DNA from: Chiloscyllium plagiosum
Lineage: Eukaryota
NCBI RefSeq assembly: GCF_004010195.1
Contig: NC_057719.1
Span: 91,805,369-91,864,347, forward strand
Length of the DNA: 58,979 nt
Direction: 5' to 3'
How positions within the stretch are numbered: the stretch's first letter is position 1; every line of letters begins with the position of its first letter. Shown here piece by piece: positions 25,020 through 38,919 of the stretch. The position numbers and the translations under genes were made by a program. Under the pieces are notes generated by a model. The model ran no database searches. It was given only the letters and a program-made list of their open reading frames with translations, and had not been told where the DNA came from.

Positions 25020-26620
25020 ATTAAGAAAGAACTTGTTGTCCATTATACAGTGTCTTTCACAACCTGAGAATGTCCTAACGCACTTCACTGCCAAATTAAT
25101 CCTTTTGAGGTTGAGTGAGTGTTAGAAAGTAGGAAACACAGCAGCTAATTTACATTCAACAAATACCCACAAACAGCAATGTAATCTTGACCAAATAATC
25201 TGCTCACCAACATCAGTATAAATAATAAATAACAGCAAGGACAGTGGGAAAAATTTCTGTGCTATCCTTCAAAATTGGATATTTTATGCCTACTTGAACG
25301 TAAGAACACAAGGACTAGGAGCAGGAGTAGGCTGATGGCACTTCAAGTCTCTTCCGCCACTCAATAAGATCACGGCTGATCTTTTCATGGACTCAGCTCC
25401 ACTAACCCGCACTCTCACCTTATCCCTTAATTCCTTTAGGGTTCAAAAGAAATCTACCTTTGCTTTAATAACATTTACTGAAGAAGCGTCAGCTACTTCC
25501 CTGGGCAAGGAATTTCACAGATTAACAACCCTCTGGGTGAAGCAGTTCCTTCTCCATTCAGTCCTAAATTTGCTCCCTCTAATCTTGAGGCTATGCCCTC
25601 TTGTCCTAGTCTCACCTGCCAGTGTAAGCATCCTCTCTACTTCCATCTTATCCATTCCTTCAATATTTTATATGTTTCTTTAAGATCCCCCCTCAATCTT
25701 CTGAATTCCATTGAATATAATCCCAGTCTATTCAGTCTCTCCTCATAAACCAACCCCTTCAACTCCAGAGTCAACCTAGTGAACCTCCTCTGCACCCCCT
25801 CCAGTGCCACTACATCCTTTCTCAAGTAAGGAGACCAAAACTGCACACAGTACTCCAGGTGTGGCCTCACCAGCACCTTGTACAGCTGCAACATAACCTC
25901 CCTGCGCTTAAACGCAATCCCTTTCGCAATGAAGGGCAAAATTCCATTTGCCTTCCTAAGTACTTGTACTTGCACACCAACCTTCTGTGATTCACAAGGA
26001 CACCCAGATCCCTCTGCATAGCAGCATGCTGCAACCTTTTACCAATCAAGTAATAATCCTTTTACTGTTACTCCGACCTAAATGTATGACATCACAACTA
26101 CTAACATTGTATTCCATCTGCCAGATCTTTGCCCACTCACTCAATGTATTTATGTTCCTCTGCAAAGTTTCACAGTCCTCTGCACACGTTGTTCTGCCAC
26201 TCATCTTAGTGTCATCTGCAAACCTTACCATCCCTACACGTGGTCCCCAAATCATCTATATAAATTGTAAATAATTGACGTCCCAATACCGATCCCTGAG
26301 GCACACCACTAGTCGTTGATTGCCAGCCAGAATAGCACTCATTTACCCCCATTCTTTGCTTCCTGTTTGTCAACTAATCCTCTATCCATACCCCTAACGC
26401 CATACATCCTTATCTTACACAGCAGCCTCTTGTACGGCACCTTGTCGAAGGCGTTTTGGAAATCTGGGTGCAAGGGGCCGATGTCTCTAACAACAGTCAT
26501 CTGAAAATGGCAACTGTGCAGCACCCACCCAGGACAGCACTGTGTGTACAAACATCAACAGTGGGACTTGAATCCAAAATGTTCTAGTGCAAAAGTGACA
26601 TTGTAACCACTGAGCTGACA
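25020..26620 (-). mobile_element. DeuSINE-like element split by CR1
   Basis: aggaaacacagcagctaattt..aaggacagtggga.. body (25020-25295) and tRNA-head remnant gggacttgaatcc..aaccactgagc (26470-26620). Confidence 0.5.
25300..26468 (-). mobile_element. CR1 LINE RT/3' fragment
   Basis: DFQNAFDKVP, RFADDTK, WQMEYN, LYKVLVRPHLEYCVQFWSP. Confidence 0.9.
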
Positions 26621-28149
26621 GTTGAATGGATATTTGAAATAAGTGAAAAACCAATCATATGTGTCTTTGAGTGGCTTGTTCTGCTTTAAATCCACAAAAC
26701 TTTAAAATCTTTGTATGTTGATTGAATCTCCTTTTGCTCATTGTTGCTGATGTGCAGGTAATGCTAGATGATATGCATGAGCAGATTATGGTTGATGATG
26801 CAGTTCACAGATAATGTTATAAACTACAACACTAAGAGTAAAGTACTACAAATACTGGAAATCAAAAATAAAAACGGCAAATGATGGAAGTACTCAGTAG
26901 GCAACATAACATCTGGAGGGCAATAAAGAGTTAACATTTCAGATGTATTCATCAGAACTGATAGAGATTATGAGTTAACTGTTTCTAACTGTGTACAGAA
27001 ACAGCATTAAAAGATTTGGAGAGTGGAAAGAAAGAACTAAAGAGAAGGTCTGTGACCAAGATTAAATAGCCAAAGGGATGATAGATAAAGAGATAAGTTG
27101 GTAATAGAACAATTAAAGAACCAAAAGATGTGTTCAGAGGATGTGTAAAAGGAGTCTAGCTGTATTATTGAAAACACTTGTTATATGGTAATAATGGTAG
27201 CAGTGGTTGTGATCCAAAGTTGTAGTGTACAGTTATGGTAAAACATTCTGATCTCCCTTTGTCCATCATTGAGCAGTAAATTCCTCAATCTAGAATACTT
27301 CCCTTCAATGTCTGTCTCTAGTATCCTCTCCTCCCTTGAAATTGTATCAAACACAACTTCTGACCCAGTACCGGGACATTCTTTTTCAAGAGCACATCTG
27401 AGATTTTCTTAAGTGCTACCTTTTGATTTTCAGGAGCTACCTTTTCATTTTCACTAATTTCTTTATTAGGTTATACAGTCAGTTACAATTACCTTCAGTA
27501 GTTGTGTTGACTTGCAGGCATTTGGCCTGTCACAGAACCACATTGAGAGTATACCACAATGTCTTCTGGCAGATTTCACTACCACCCCACCATTGGTGAC
27601 CTGGCAAGCTTACCTGCGTGAATTGCTGCCTTCTGACAGCACTACCATCACCGTTATTTGTTATAAACAGTCATCACAAATATTTATGTTGATTTGTATC
27701 TCAGATTATTTTCAGCATTGAGACACCAGAGTGATCCTGGAGGACTGAGAGCTCTCCAGACAACCTACCTTGTTTAAAGTTACCCCCTCCCATCTCCAAC
27801 TTGTCCAGCTTCCAAGTGAGCACGGATCAGCAATTCCACAACTGAGGACCAATTACGGATTTTTGCAGCACAAACAGAACTTTCAGTCCCAAGCAATTGT
27901 GTCTTCGTCTTGGGAAGAGCCATTTTCGACTCCCCTACTCCTTCCCCAGAAAATCGTAGTGATTTTCCTTTCAAGTATTCCCTTTGAAAGTTACAGCTGG
28001 ATCTTTTCCCTCACTCCTTTCATAAAATGCATTCTAGAATAGGACAGTGTATAAAAGGACTAATCTCCTTGTCTTGGTTCTCTTTTTCCAGTCATGATAA
28101 GTGGATCATTTGCAGATTGGTAACTGTAACTAGGGATTAGTTCTGGAGT

Positions 28150-29292
28150 TGAGAGTGTGTTGCTGGGAAAGCACAGCAGGTCAGGCAGCATCTGAGGAGC
28201 AAGAGAATCAATGTTTCGGACATAAACCCTCCATCAGGAATGAGGTTTGTGGGCTGGGGCTGAGAGATAAATGGGAGGGGGGGTGGGGTGGGTAGCTGAG
28301 AAAGCAATAGGTGGATGAAGGCGAGGGAGAAGGTGATAGGTCAAGGGGAAAGTGATGGACAGGTCTGGAGGGCAGTGCTGAGTTGGAGGCTTGGGACTGG
28401 GATAATGCAAGGGGAGGAGAAATGAGGAAGCTGTTGAAATCTACATTTATCCTGTATGGTTGCACGATCCCAAGTTGGAATATGAGGCGTTCTTCCTCCA
28501 GGCGTCAGGTCATAAGGGTTTGGCAGTGGAGGAGGCCCAGGACCTGCATGTCCTTGATGGAGTGGGAGGGGGAGTTGAAGTGTTCAGCCACAGTGCAGTG
28601 GGGTTGGTGGCTGCGAGTGTCCCAGAGATGTTCTCTGAAATGATCCGCAAGGAGGCATTGTGTCTCCCCGATGTAGAGGGGTCCACATCAGATGCAACGG
28701 ATGCAGTAGATGAGATTGGTAGAGATACAGGTAAATTTCTGATGGATGTGGAAGGATCCTTTGGGGCCTTGGACAGAGGTGAGTGGAGTGGTTTGGGTGC
28801 AGGTTTTACACTTCCTGCGGTGGCAGGGAAAGGTGTCAGGAGTGGGGTGTGGGCTGGTGAGGGGCGTGGATCTGACGAGGGAGTCGCGGAGGGAATGGTC
28901 TCTCCAGAACGCTGATAGGGGTGGGGAACGAAATATATCTTTGGTGGTGGGGTCTGTTTGGAGGTGCCAGACGTGGCGGAGGATGATGCGATGCATGCGG
29001 AGGTTGGAGGGATGAAAGGTGAGGGCCAAGGGGGTTCTGTCCTTGTTGTGTTGGGAGGGGTGGGGTTCAACGGTGGTGGTGCATGAAGTGGAGGAGGTGC
29101 GCTGGAGGGCATCGTCAACCACGTTGGAAGGGAAGTTGCGATCATGGAAGAAGGAGGCCATCTGGGATTTTGAGGTGGAATTGGTCGTCCTGGGAACAGA
29201 TGCAGCAGAGGCGGAGAAATTGGGAATAAGGGATGGCATTTTTATAGGAGGTAGGGTGGGAGAAGGTGTAGTCTAGCTAGCTGTGGGAGCTA
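28150..29292 (-). mobile_element. Penelope-like element 3' portion (RT C-terminus, GIY-YIG endonuclease, terminal repeat with degenerate hammerhead)
   Basis: IPYSQFLRL, PLALTFHP, CHRRKCKTC, FTCISTNLIYCIRC..LYIGET. Terminal minus-strand CTGATGGAGGGTTTATGTCCGAAACATT at 28210-28237. Confidence 0.88.
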
Positions 29293-29334
29293 TGACCTGA
29301 TGACGTGAATAAAGGGACCCAATTATATTGTTGC

Positions 29335-29650
29335 CATGGTGGCACAGTGGTTAGCACTGCTGCCTCACAGCGCCAGAGACTCGGAGTTCAATTCCCGCCA
29401 CAGGCGACTCTCTGTGTGGAGTTTGCACATTCTCCCTGTGTCTGCGTGGGTTTCCTCCGGGTGCTCCGGTTTCCTCCCACAATCCAAAAAAAAAATTGCA
29501 GGTTAGGTGAATTGGCCATGCTAAATTGCCCATAGTGTTGGGTGAAGAGTTAAATGTAGGGGAATGGGTCTGGGTGGGTTGCACTTCGGCGGGTTTGTGT
29601 GGACTTGTTGGGCCGAAGGGCCTGTTTCCACACTGTAAGTAATCTAATCA
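29335..29650 (+). mobile_element. HE1-type V-SINE
   Basis: tRNA-like head, V-domain and TCTAA tail. Confidence 0.92.
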
Positions 29651-30280
29651 TACAAGAACAGGTAGGAAAGAGAATTATGAAAAGAGTATAAAGTCTGCAA
29701 AAGGATGCAAATAGTCGAAGTAGGTGAGTGAGCAAAAGATTGGAAGATGGAAAAATACGGTCCATTCTTGGAGGAGAAACATAACATTCTATAAATGGAG
29801 AGAGACTGCAGAATGCTGCAGTAGAGAGAGCTCTGGCTGACCTTGTACACAAACCACAATGTTGCCATGGAGGAACAGTAAATAATTGGGAAGGCAAATA
29901 GAACACTAGCCCTTATTGTAATTGGAATAGAAGATAAAATTAGGAAGATTTGCTACAGCTGAGCAAGGTATTGGCGAGTTCTATGTGAGAGGTCGTTTCA
30001 CTCTGTGGGAGAATCTAGAAAGAGACAGCACAGCTTTGAAATGAGAGGTCTCCCATTTCAGATGGATATGAGCAGGCTTTTTGTTTTGAGGGATATTGGT
30101 TTTTAGAATTCTCTTCCCTAAGGAGCAGTGGAGGCTGGGTCAGGCAGAGCTTTGACAAGAGAGTTGATGGTTATTGTGGGAACAGACAGCAAGGTGGAGT
30201 TGAGGTTACAATTAAGTGACAAATGAATTTAATCAAATGACATTGCAGGCCTGATGGGCCAGATGGCCTGCTTCTGAAGT
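29651..30280 (+). mobile_element. Old CR1 RT/3' fragment
   Basis: gagtgagcaaaagattggaagatgga (WAK.W.ME), aagagttgatggttat..gggccagatggcctgcttct tail. Confidence 0.65.
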
Positions 30281-30479
30281 TAATGTTTTTTTGCTAATGG
30301 TTTTGATTTTCGGTCGTCAGGCTGTCCATTCATGGAAACAATTACCGTATGGGCACATAATTTCAAACAGGCCCCTTTAATCTCCTGGCAGCCTTCTTTG
30401 TTCTAAGAACACTCCGGTCAAACCAGATAACTTAAAATACTCAAACTGTTACAATTTCAATAATTCTCCACTTTACTAA

Positions 30480-32225
30480 ATGGAACATAGAACATTACAG
30501 CGCAGTACAGGCCGTCGATGTTGCGCTGACCTGTGGAGCCAATCAGAAGCCTATCTAACCTACACTATTCCATTATGATCCAAAATTTATCCAATGACCA
30601 TTTAAATGCCCTTAAAGTTGGCGAGTCTACTACTGTTGCAGGCAGGGCATTCCACGCCCCTACTACTCTCTGAGTAAAGAAACTACTTCTGACATTTGTC
30701 CTATATCTATCACCCCCTCAATTTAAGGCTATGTCCTGTTGTGCTAGCCATCACCATCCAAGGAGAAAGGCTCTCACGTCCTCCCTCTGATTATCTTGTA
30801 TGTCTCAATTACGTCACATCTCAAACTTCTTCTCTCAAACAAAAATGAACTCAAGTCCCTCAGCCTTTTCTCATAAGACCTTCCCTCCATACCAGGCAAC
30901 ATTCCTAGTAAATCTCCTCTGAACCCTTTTTAAAGCTTCCACATCCTTCCTATAATGCAGTGACCAGAACTGTATGCAATGCTCCAACTCTGCCGCACCA
31001 GAGTTTTATATAACTGCAACATGACCTCATGGCTCCGCAACTCAGTCCCTCTACCAATAAAAGCTAACACACCATATGCCTTCTTAACAACCCTATCAAC
31101 CTGGATGGCAACTTTTAGGGATCTATGTACATAGACACCAAGATCTCTCTACTCATCTACACTACCAAGAATTTACAATTAGTCCAGTACTCTGCATTCC
31201 TATTGCTCCTTCCAAAATGAATTACCTCACACTTTTCCACATTAAACTCCATTTGCCACCTCTCAGCCCAGCTCTGTAGCTTATCTATGTCCCTCTGTAA
31301 TCTACGACATCCTTCGGCACTATCCACAACTCCACTGACTTTAGTGTCATCCGCAAATTTGCTAACAAGTCCTTCCACACCCTCATCCAGGTCATTTATA
31401 AAAATGACAAACAGCACTGGCCCCAATACAGATCCTTGCGGTACACCACTAGTAACTGAACTCCAGGATGAACATTTCCCATCAAGCACCACCCTCTGTC
31501 TTCTTTCAGCTAGCCAATTTCTGATCCAAACCGCTAAATCACCCTCAATCCCATGCCTCAGTATTTTGTGCAATCGCCTACCATGGGGAACCTTATCAAA
31601 CGCTTTACTAAAATCCATATGCTTCACATCAACTGCTTTACTCTCATCCACCTGTTTGGTCACCTTCTCAAAGAACTCAATAAGGTTTGTGAGGCACAAC
31701 CTACCCTTCACAAAACCGTGTTGACTATCCCTAATCAATTTATTCCCTTCTAAATGATTATAAATCTTATCTCTTCTAATCCTCTTCCAACACTTTACCC
31801 ACAACCGAAGTAAAGCTCACTGGTCTATCATTACTGATAGGTTGTCTCTACTCCCCTTCTTGAATAAGACAACAAAATTTGCTATCCTTCAGTCTTCTGG
31901 CAAGAGAATTCTAAACACCTATATTCCTGTAGACAATGATGACCTGGGCCGAAGGGCCTGCTTCCACACTGTAAGTAATCTAATCTAATCTAATCTAATC
32001 GAAATAAAGATCAAAGACAAAGTCTCTGCAATCTCCTTTCCGACTTCCCAAAGGATCCTAGGATAAATCCCACCCAGCCCAGGGGATTTAGATATTTTCA
32101 CACTTGCCAGGATTGCTAACACCTCCTCCTTTGAACCTCAAGCCCATCTAGTCTACTCGACTGTATCTCAGTATTCTCCTCAACAGCATTGTCTTTTCCC
32201 AGTTTGAATACTAACGAAAAATACT
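30480..32225 (-). mobile_element. CR1/HER1-like LINE ORF2 (RT) plus 3' end
   Basis: 215-aa open stretch with [53 protein letters not shown] tail is inserted at 31945-32000. Confidence 0.93.
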
Positions 32226-32226
32226 G

Positions 32227-32570
32227 ACACACACACACATACACACACACTGTCTCTCTCAGACACTCACAATCCCCCCCATCCCACATACACACGCACG
32301 CACATGCGTACACATGCGCACACACGTGTGCACATGTTTGTGGGGTGAATTTGTACTTGCAGAGTTACATTGTACTTTGCTCAAAAACTGCATGAATCCA
32401 TGTAAGATTCTGTTAATTCCTTTTTTAGATTAGAATCAGCGTAAACATTATGGCACAGGCTGCAGCACACAGGGGTGCTAATACCCAAGACATTGTCTGG
32501 GCTGATGCCAATTGTTAAAGTTAACCTGAGAATGTAACTTTTTAAAAAAAGTTTTGCGATTTACACACCT
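32227..32570. repeat. CA-rich microsatellite plus probable Penelope 3' non-coding fragment
   Basis: Imperfect (CA)n/(CACG)n at 32227-32335, followed by gtggggtgaatttgtacttgcagagttac.., recalled from shark Penelope elements. Confidence 0.55.
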
Positions 32571-34680
32571 CTGAATTTCTGCCTTAAATCCTCATCCCTT
32601 TTCCTACCTATTATCGTTAGTGCCTTTGTGCACTATGACTTGGGGCTACTCTCTCTCCCCCTCAAGGATCCCGAAACCACGATCTGAGGCATCACGAACC
32701 CTGGCACCTAGGAGGCAACGCACCAATCATGAATCTCTCTCGTTCCCACAGAACCTCCTGTCTGTCCCCCTATGGAGTCCCCAGTGACTAATTCTCTGCT
32801 CCTCTCCCCCCTTCCCTTCTAAGCAACAGGGACAGACTCTGTGGCAGAGACCTTACCCCATGGCTTACCCCTGGTATGTCGTCCCCCAACCAACAGTATC
32901 CAAAACACTATACTTGTTGTTAATGGAAATGGTCACAGGGGATCCCTGCACTGCCTGTTGGTTCCTTTTTCACCCCCGGACTGTAAGCCAGCTGCCTATT
33001 TCTTGTACCTGAAGTGTAACTACCTCCCTGTAATTCCTCTCTCCACCTCCTGAATTCCCCTCCACCTCCTGAATGTTCTGAAGTTCATCCAGCTCCAGTT
33101 CCCTAAAGCAGTTTTTGAGGAGCTGGATTTGGGTGCAGCTCCCACTGATAAAGCCAGCGGGGACAGTAGTAGATAGAACATAGAAGAACATAGAACATAG
33201 AAGAATACAGCGCAGTACAGGCCCTTTGGCCCTCGATGTTGCGCCGATCCAAGCCCACCTAACCTATACTAACCCACTATCCTCCATATACCTATCCAAT
33301 GCCCGCTTAAATGCCCATAAAGAGGGAGAGTCCACCACTGCTACTGGCAGGGCATTCCATGAACTTACGACTCGCTGAGTGAAGAACCTACCCCTAACTT
33401 CAGTCCNNNNNNNNNNNNNNNNNNNNNNNNNNNNNNNNNNNNNNNNNNNNNNNNNNNNNNNNNNNNNNNNNNNNNNNNNNNNNNNNNNNNNNNNNNNNNN
33501 NNNNNNNNNNNNNNNNNNNNNNNNNNNNNNNNNNNNNNNNNNNNNNNNNNNNNNNNNNNNNNNNNNNNNNNNNNNNNNNNNNNNNNNNNNNNNNNNNNNN
33601 NNNNNNNNNNNNNNNNNNNNNNNNNNNNNNNNNNNNNNNNNNNNNNNNNNNNNNNNNNNNNNNNNNNNNNNNNNNNNNNNNNNNNNNNNNNNNNNNNNNN
33701 NNNNNNNNNNNNNNNNNNNNNNNNNNNNNNNNNNNNNNNNNNNNNNNNNNNNNNNNNNNNNNNNNNNNNNNNNNNNNNNNNNNNNNNNNNNNNNNNNNNN
33801 NNNNNNNNNNNNNNNNNNNNNNNNNNNNNNNNNNNNNNNNNNNNNNNNNNNNNNNNNNNNNNNNNNNNNNNNNNNNNNNNNNNNNNNNNNNNNNNNNNNN
33901 NNNNNNNNNNNNNNNNNNNNNNNNNNNNNNNNNNNNNNNNNNNNNNNNNNNNNNNNNNNNNNNNNNNNNNNNNNNNNNNNNNNNNNNNNNNNNNNNNNNN
34001 NNNNNNNNNNNNNNNNNNNNNNNNNNNNNNNNNNNNNNNNNNNNNNNNNNNNNNNNNNNNNNNNNNNNNNNNNNNNNNNNNNNNNNNNNNNNNNNNNNNN
34101 NNNNNNNNNNNNNNNNNNNNNNNNNNNNNNNNNNNNNNNNNNNNNNNNNNNNNNNNNNNNNNNNNNNNNNNNNNNNNNNNNNNNNNNNNNNNNNNNNNNN
34201 NNNNNNNNNNNNNNNNNNNNNNNNNNNNNNNNNNNNNNNNNNNNNNNNNNNNNNNNNNNNNNNNNNNNNNNNNNNNNNNNNNNNNNNNNNNNNNNNNNNN
34301 NNNNNNNNNNNNNNNNNNNNNNNNNNNNNNNNNNNNNNNNNNNNNATTGGCTCTGCAATCTCCTCCCTTGCTTCCCAGCGAATCCTAGGATAAATGCCAT
34401 CAGGCCCAGGGGACTTATCTATTTTCACCTTTTCCAGGATTTCCAACACCTCTTCTCTACATACCTCAAAGCCATCCATTCTACTTAATTGTGACTCAGT
34501 ATTCGCATCGACGACAATGCCCTGTTCCTGAGTAAATACTGAAGAAAAGTATTCATTCAGTGTCTCCCCGACCCTTACCTTCCACATTCTGCAGGAGGAA
34601 CATTCAACTGCCCTAACCTCCATTCTCATTATTCTAAATTCCTAAAAAATAAAAAGAAGCTAGTTACCTTACCAATCCGA
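32570..34680 (-). mobile_element. CR1 ORF1 region with a second CR1 (33175-34570) nested inside, spanning the gap
   Basis: ORF1 start MEVRAVECSSCRMWKVR (34570-34630) and continuation ELELDELQNIQE..WLTVRG (<33190) are separated by a CR1 3' end with (ATAGAAC)n at 33175-33406 and ORF2 KSPGPDGIYPR at 34346-34570. Confidence 0.75.
33407..34345. other. Assembly gap (939 N)
   Basis: Run of N; both flanks are CR1 sequence. Confidence 0.99.
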
Positions 34681-34852
34681 CGATGGAACCTTTTTTTTTG
34701 GCTACGTCCGCATCCTTATCACCAGTTTTGAAGTTTTAAGTGGATTCTTGAAAATTCGATTAGTTAGCGTAAAAAAAGTCATCTCCTCAGGTGATTTAAT
34801 TAAGTTTGTAGGTCATGTGCGATTAATAATGTGGTTTATGTTTCCTCATTAG

Positions 34853-35012
34853 AGTTTTAGCCTTCTCTCCGTCACAAGTCACCTCAGTCCAGATCAGTAT
34901 CGATGGTATCACTATAGGCAGTGCGGTTCACATTGAAGGCCCCTTCTTCTCGATAGCCTGGAAACCTGAGGATTACAGGGAAGGAATGCACTACATTGAA
35001 GTCCGAGCAGAG
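34853..35012 (+). CDS. TMEM62: TMEM62 internal coding exon
   Basis: Acceptor ctcattag, donor gtaaca. Translates VLAFSPSQVTSVQISIDGITIGSAVHIEGPFFSIAWKPEDYREGMHYIEVRAE. 160 nt, phase 2/0. Absent from the ORF track. Confidence 0.93.
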
Positions 35013-37464
35013 GTAACATATGTATCTCTTTCTCACTGTTGCGTCCTGCCATGAGTCTGTTTGTCTGAGGATCCTGTTGAATAAATTGAGAACAAAATTA
35101 TCAATTCAGGATTCTTACACCTTCTTCCTTCCTCCATTTCCTTCTATTTGATGGTTAGAATTCCAGAGGCCCCAGCTATTTTGTATTGTTATTGATAATT
35201 TCCATGGAGGCATCAGTGGGTGATTTGGTATAATCAGTATCAGTTATAACCAGTTATATATAATATAATCAGTATTACAAAATGTGTTCATTCATCCTTC
35301 AACCTCCACAGATGTGATCAATGTCCACAAATCAGCTTGTGTGATCTTGAGTTTAAAAGATGGTCTAATCCGGTTCCGTTCAATAGAATTTTGATATTTG
35401 CCAGACTTATGGTGATCAGGTCATTGTACTCACTGCATGGTACAAAATATCTGCAATATTAATAAAATAAATACACTATCCCTTGAAAATCAATTTGAGG
35501 GGTTTCAAACTGTCATCACTCAAGACTAATCCAGAACTGGAGAACAGGGTCCAAGGTGGGGTTTGCAATCCAGCTGTTCTGGAAAGCAAGTCTGCTGTAT
35601 ATACTGACAAAGGGTGGTGGCAATCTGCCCACTGAAGTGTTCTACTTCCGACTGTGTGCTCTAGCTTTTTTAAAGAAAAACAAATTTAATCCAAAGTGAA
35701 CTGCCTCTATGTTATCAGAATTGATATGTTCAGAGACTCTGGGTAGGAAAAGAATCAACAAATCTCTACATGTTGCATTCTATACTCTGAACATCCTTTT
35801 TTCCTCTGTTTATGAAACCCAAGATCATGCATGGCTTTTTAACTGTTTTCAGAATATTGTGCCGCCCATGATATTTGTACATATGTATCACCTCCTCCGT
35901 ACATTCTCTTCAGAACTGTACCCTTTAGATTGTATCATCTCTCCTAATTCTTCATATCAAAATGCATTAAGTTTCATCCATCGAACATTGACCCATTCCA
36001 CAAGCTTATTTATATAAGCTTGTACGTGTTCTACAGAAGTCTTTCACACTTTCTCTCTCAATTCCAATTTTTGTGTCATCAGATTTTTGGCCTTTTGTGT
36101 CTTTAGCTTAACCATAGTTAGCACACTCCATGCATTTATAAGCATGAAGTGTAAACCATTTTTAAAGCTGTTGCATTCCATCTTGGTTTGATCCTGTCCA
36201 TTAGCTTACTATTTCTTTTTCTAGTGCTATCTGTCTCTCCCAATCCTTTGTGCACTTCTCTAATGCTACATGTTAGTGCCCAGTTGCACAGTCAAGTTTT
36301 TAACCCAACCCAACAGTAGCACCAATCCTCACTACAAAGTTGAACAGTCTGGCTTGTCTCAGTTTTGCTGTGTTCCAGGAATTTCACCCGTCCCTCGTCA
36401 GCCACATTCTAATCTCAATATCTAAACTCACCAGCACATCCATCATTTGAGTACTGCTGAAAAAAGACAGGCTTTGTTAAAGCATTTCGTCTTACAGTCG
36501 TTAGGACATTTGCAGGGAATACTAATGTAAATGGAACAACATTTTTTCAAGTGTATGAGAGGAGAATACTGATTGATTAGCAAGTGGTTTCTGATTAGTA
36601 AAGGCATTGCCATAAGCATGCACTCGTTAGATGATAATTGACAGTTAACTGTCACATTTTGTTTACCAGGTGAACTGACACTGATTGGTTCATTTCTCAG
36701 GAAAATACCTTTATCAGAAAAAGATTGTCACCTGTTTTGTTAAGTTGAAATGGGTACAATGTCCATGTTATTTCTGTCCTGTGTATTGATGTATGTAGTT
36801 CTCAGTGTGTGCAAGTGCGCTGCATTGAGGCTGACTGACAATCTTAAATATGTTCTCAGCATAATTTCAAACAGCCCAAGCTTTCAAAACTCAAAACACA
36901 GCATCATTACATGTGATTCAACAATTACACAACATTGCTAAGTAAACTCAAACTATGCTAAGAATAACACTAAGAATTTAAAATGGTCATTCACTAAACA
37001 ACTGTTATTTTATTACTGAAACTTTGAAGGGAATCTCCAAGTCATTGCCTGATGTTAACTTGGCCAACATCTAAGTCACGGAAAAGACCCACTGTTGAAG
37101 CCCTTCTGTTCAAATCTAGTACATATTGAAGAATCTACACGCACTGAGTTGGTGCAAGTCATGGAATCCTTCCTGATCTGGCAAGATCTATCTCCATGTT
37201 GGGTGGCAATCATTGAAAACGATAACACCAACGGTGAATAATTGAACTGTTTTAGTGTGCTAAGAGGTCACATAGCCTGTGTCCCACTAGCAGGAGCCAT
37301 GTAGCTTTGCTAGCTTCTTCCCAGTTTAAATTCTGCTTTCCAGATCCAGTGCTTGGGACCCTTGAATTCCTTTAGTGGAAACAGACTTGAACCGTAGTTT
37401 GGGGTGAATTAGCCACAAATCCTCTTATGCACATTCACAGAGTCACTTTGCTTTGTGTTTTCAG

Positions 37465-37578
37465 GACACAACAGGAAGAACCACAGTTAAAGGTCATGAC
37501 TTTGCAGTAGAAGAAATTAAACTGCTCCCGTTCGACCTTGTGGCATCATTCATCCTCCTGACCCGACATTACCTCATG
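37465..37578 (+). CDS. TMEM62: TMEM62 internal coding exon
   Basis: Acceptor gttttcag, donor gtaagt. Translates DTTGRTTVKGHDFAVEEIKLLPFDLVASFILLTRHYLM. 114 nt, phase 0/0. Confidence 0.94.
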
Positions 37579-38019
37579 GTAAGTATACATAATGATTTCA
37601 AAACCACAGCAAGTAAGCACACTGCTTACAGATCTCCAGTGGAGTGTTGTTTATATGTGTATTTGCAAGATAGATTTTAGAATCATGGTGAGGCGTAAAA
37701 GCACTTGAACCTTTTCCAAGAAGGTTTGAATTGATTAATTGCTCTACTCTCCTGTTTGTGGAGCGGGGCCTAAATTTAAACAAAATGCATTAAGTGGGGA
37801 TGAGGGGTGAATTGACTGAGATAGATTGAGGAATTGGTTTAAAGGGTATGACAGCAGATAGGCAAGGTTAAACATTTTAAGAAAAAAATTCAGAGTAAGT
37901 ACCCACTCCCTTAGGAATAAAAACTTCGAGAAAGGTAGTCCAACTGTGGCTAACAAGAAAATAAATTGCAAAGCCAAGGCTCACCATGTTGTCAAGGAGA
38001 CTAGAAAGCCCAGTTCCAG

Positions 38020-38155
38020 GAACTGAGTTCTGAGGAAGGCTCATTGGACCCGAAGCATTTACTCTGATTTTTCTTCACTGATGCTGCCAGACCTGCTGAG
38101 CTTTTCCAGCAACTTCTGTTTTTGTTTCTGGTTTACAGCATCCCCAATTCTTTTG
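38020..38155 (+). mobile_element. Penelope-type terminal fragment with degenerate hammerhead
   Basis: CTGAGGAAGGCTCATTGGACCCGAAGCATT followed by gatgctgccagacctgctgagcttttccagcaacttctgtttttg. Confidence 0.6.
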
Positions 38156-38351
38156 GTTTCCTTGTTCCTATATTTTATGCCCAGTTTACGAAGGCAAGCA
38201 TCCTGTGTGCTGCCTTCACCACCCTGTCTACCTGAGAGTCTATAGACTTGTACACCAAGATCCCTTTGTTCCTCAGTACTCCCGAGAGACCTGCCATTCA
38301 TTGTATACATCCTTCCTTATTAGACCTCCCAACATGCATCACCTCGCACTT

Positions 38352-38663
38352 TAGATTAGATTAGATTACAGTGTGGAAACAGGCCCTTCGGCCCAACAAG
38401 TCCACACCGACCCGCCGAAGCGAAACCCACCCATACCCCTACATTTACCCCTTACCTAACACTATGGGCAATTTAGTATGGCCAATTCACCTGACCCTGC
38501 ACATCTTTGGATTGTGGGAGGAAACCGGAGCACCCGGAGGAAACCCACGCAGACACGGGGAGAACGTGCAAACTCCACACAGTCAGTCGCCTGAGGCGGG
38601 AATTGAACCCGGGTCTCTGGCGCTGTGAGGCAGCAGTGCTAACCACTGTGCCACCGTGCCGCC
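38352..38663 (-). mobile_element. HE1-type V-SINE, young, full length, within CR1 fragment (38155-38835)
   Basis: TSD cactt (38347-38351 / 38664-38668); head, V-domain and tail complete. Confidence 0.94.
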
Positions 38664-38919
38664 CACTTGTCACGATTAATTCCATCTGCCGTTGCTATGC
38701 CAATTTGCCAGCTGATCATTATCAGGCAATAGTCTGACACTATCCTCCTCACTATCAACAACACTACCAATTTTTGTGTCACCTCTACATTCACATCCAA
38801 GTCATTAATGCACATGTCAAACAGCAACGTTCCCAAGTCTGACAGCATCTGTGGAGAGAGAAACCGAGGTAACGTTTCGAGGTCAATATAATTTCCTCTG
38901 AAGGAGAGATTTTGTAGAA

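Noticed and set aside
29335..29410. tRNA gene-like sequence (A and B boxes)
   Set aside because: It is a SINE head continuing directly into the V-domain, with no full cloverleaf or terminator.
33264..34629. 369-409 aa ORFs in the track
   Set aside because: They are artefacts of reading through the N gap.
34935..34960. Possible frameshift or stop in a TMEM62 exon (..tcgatag..)
   Set aside because: Careful reading gives GAA GGC CCC TTC TTC TCG ATA GCC TGG; the frame is intact.
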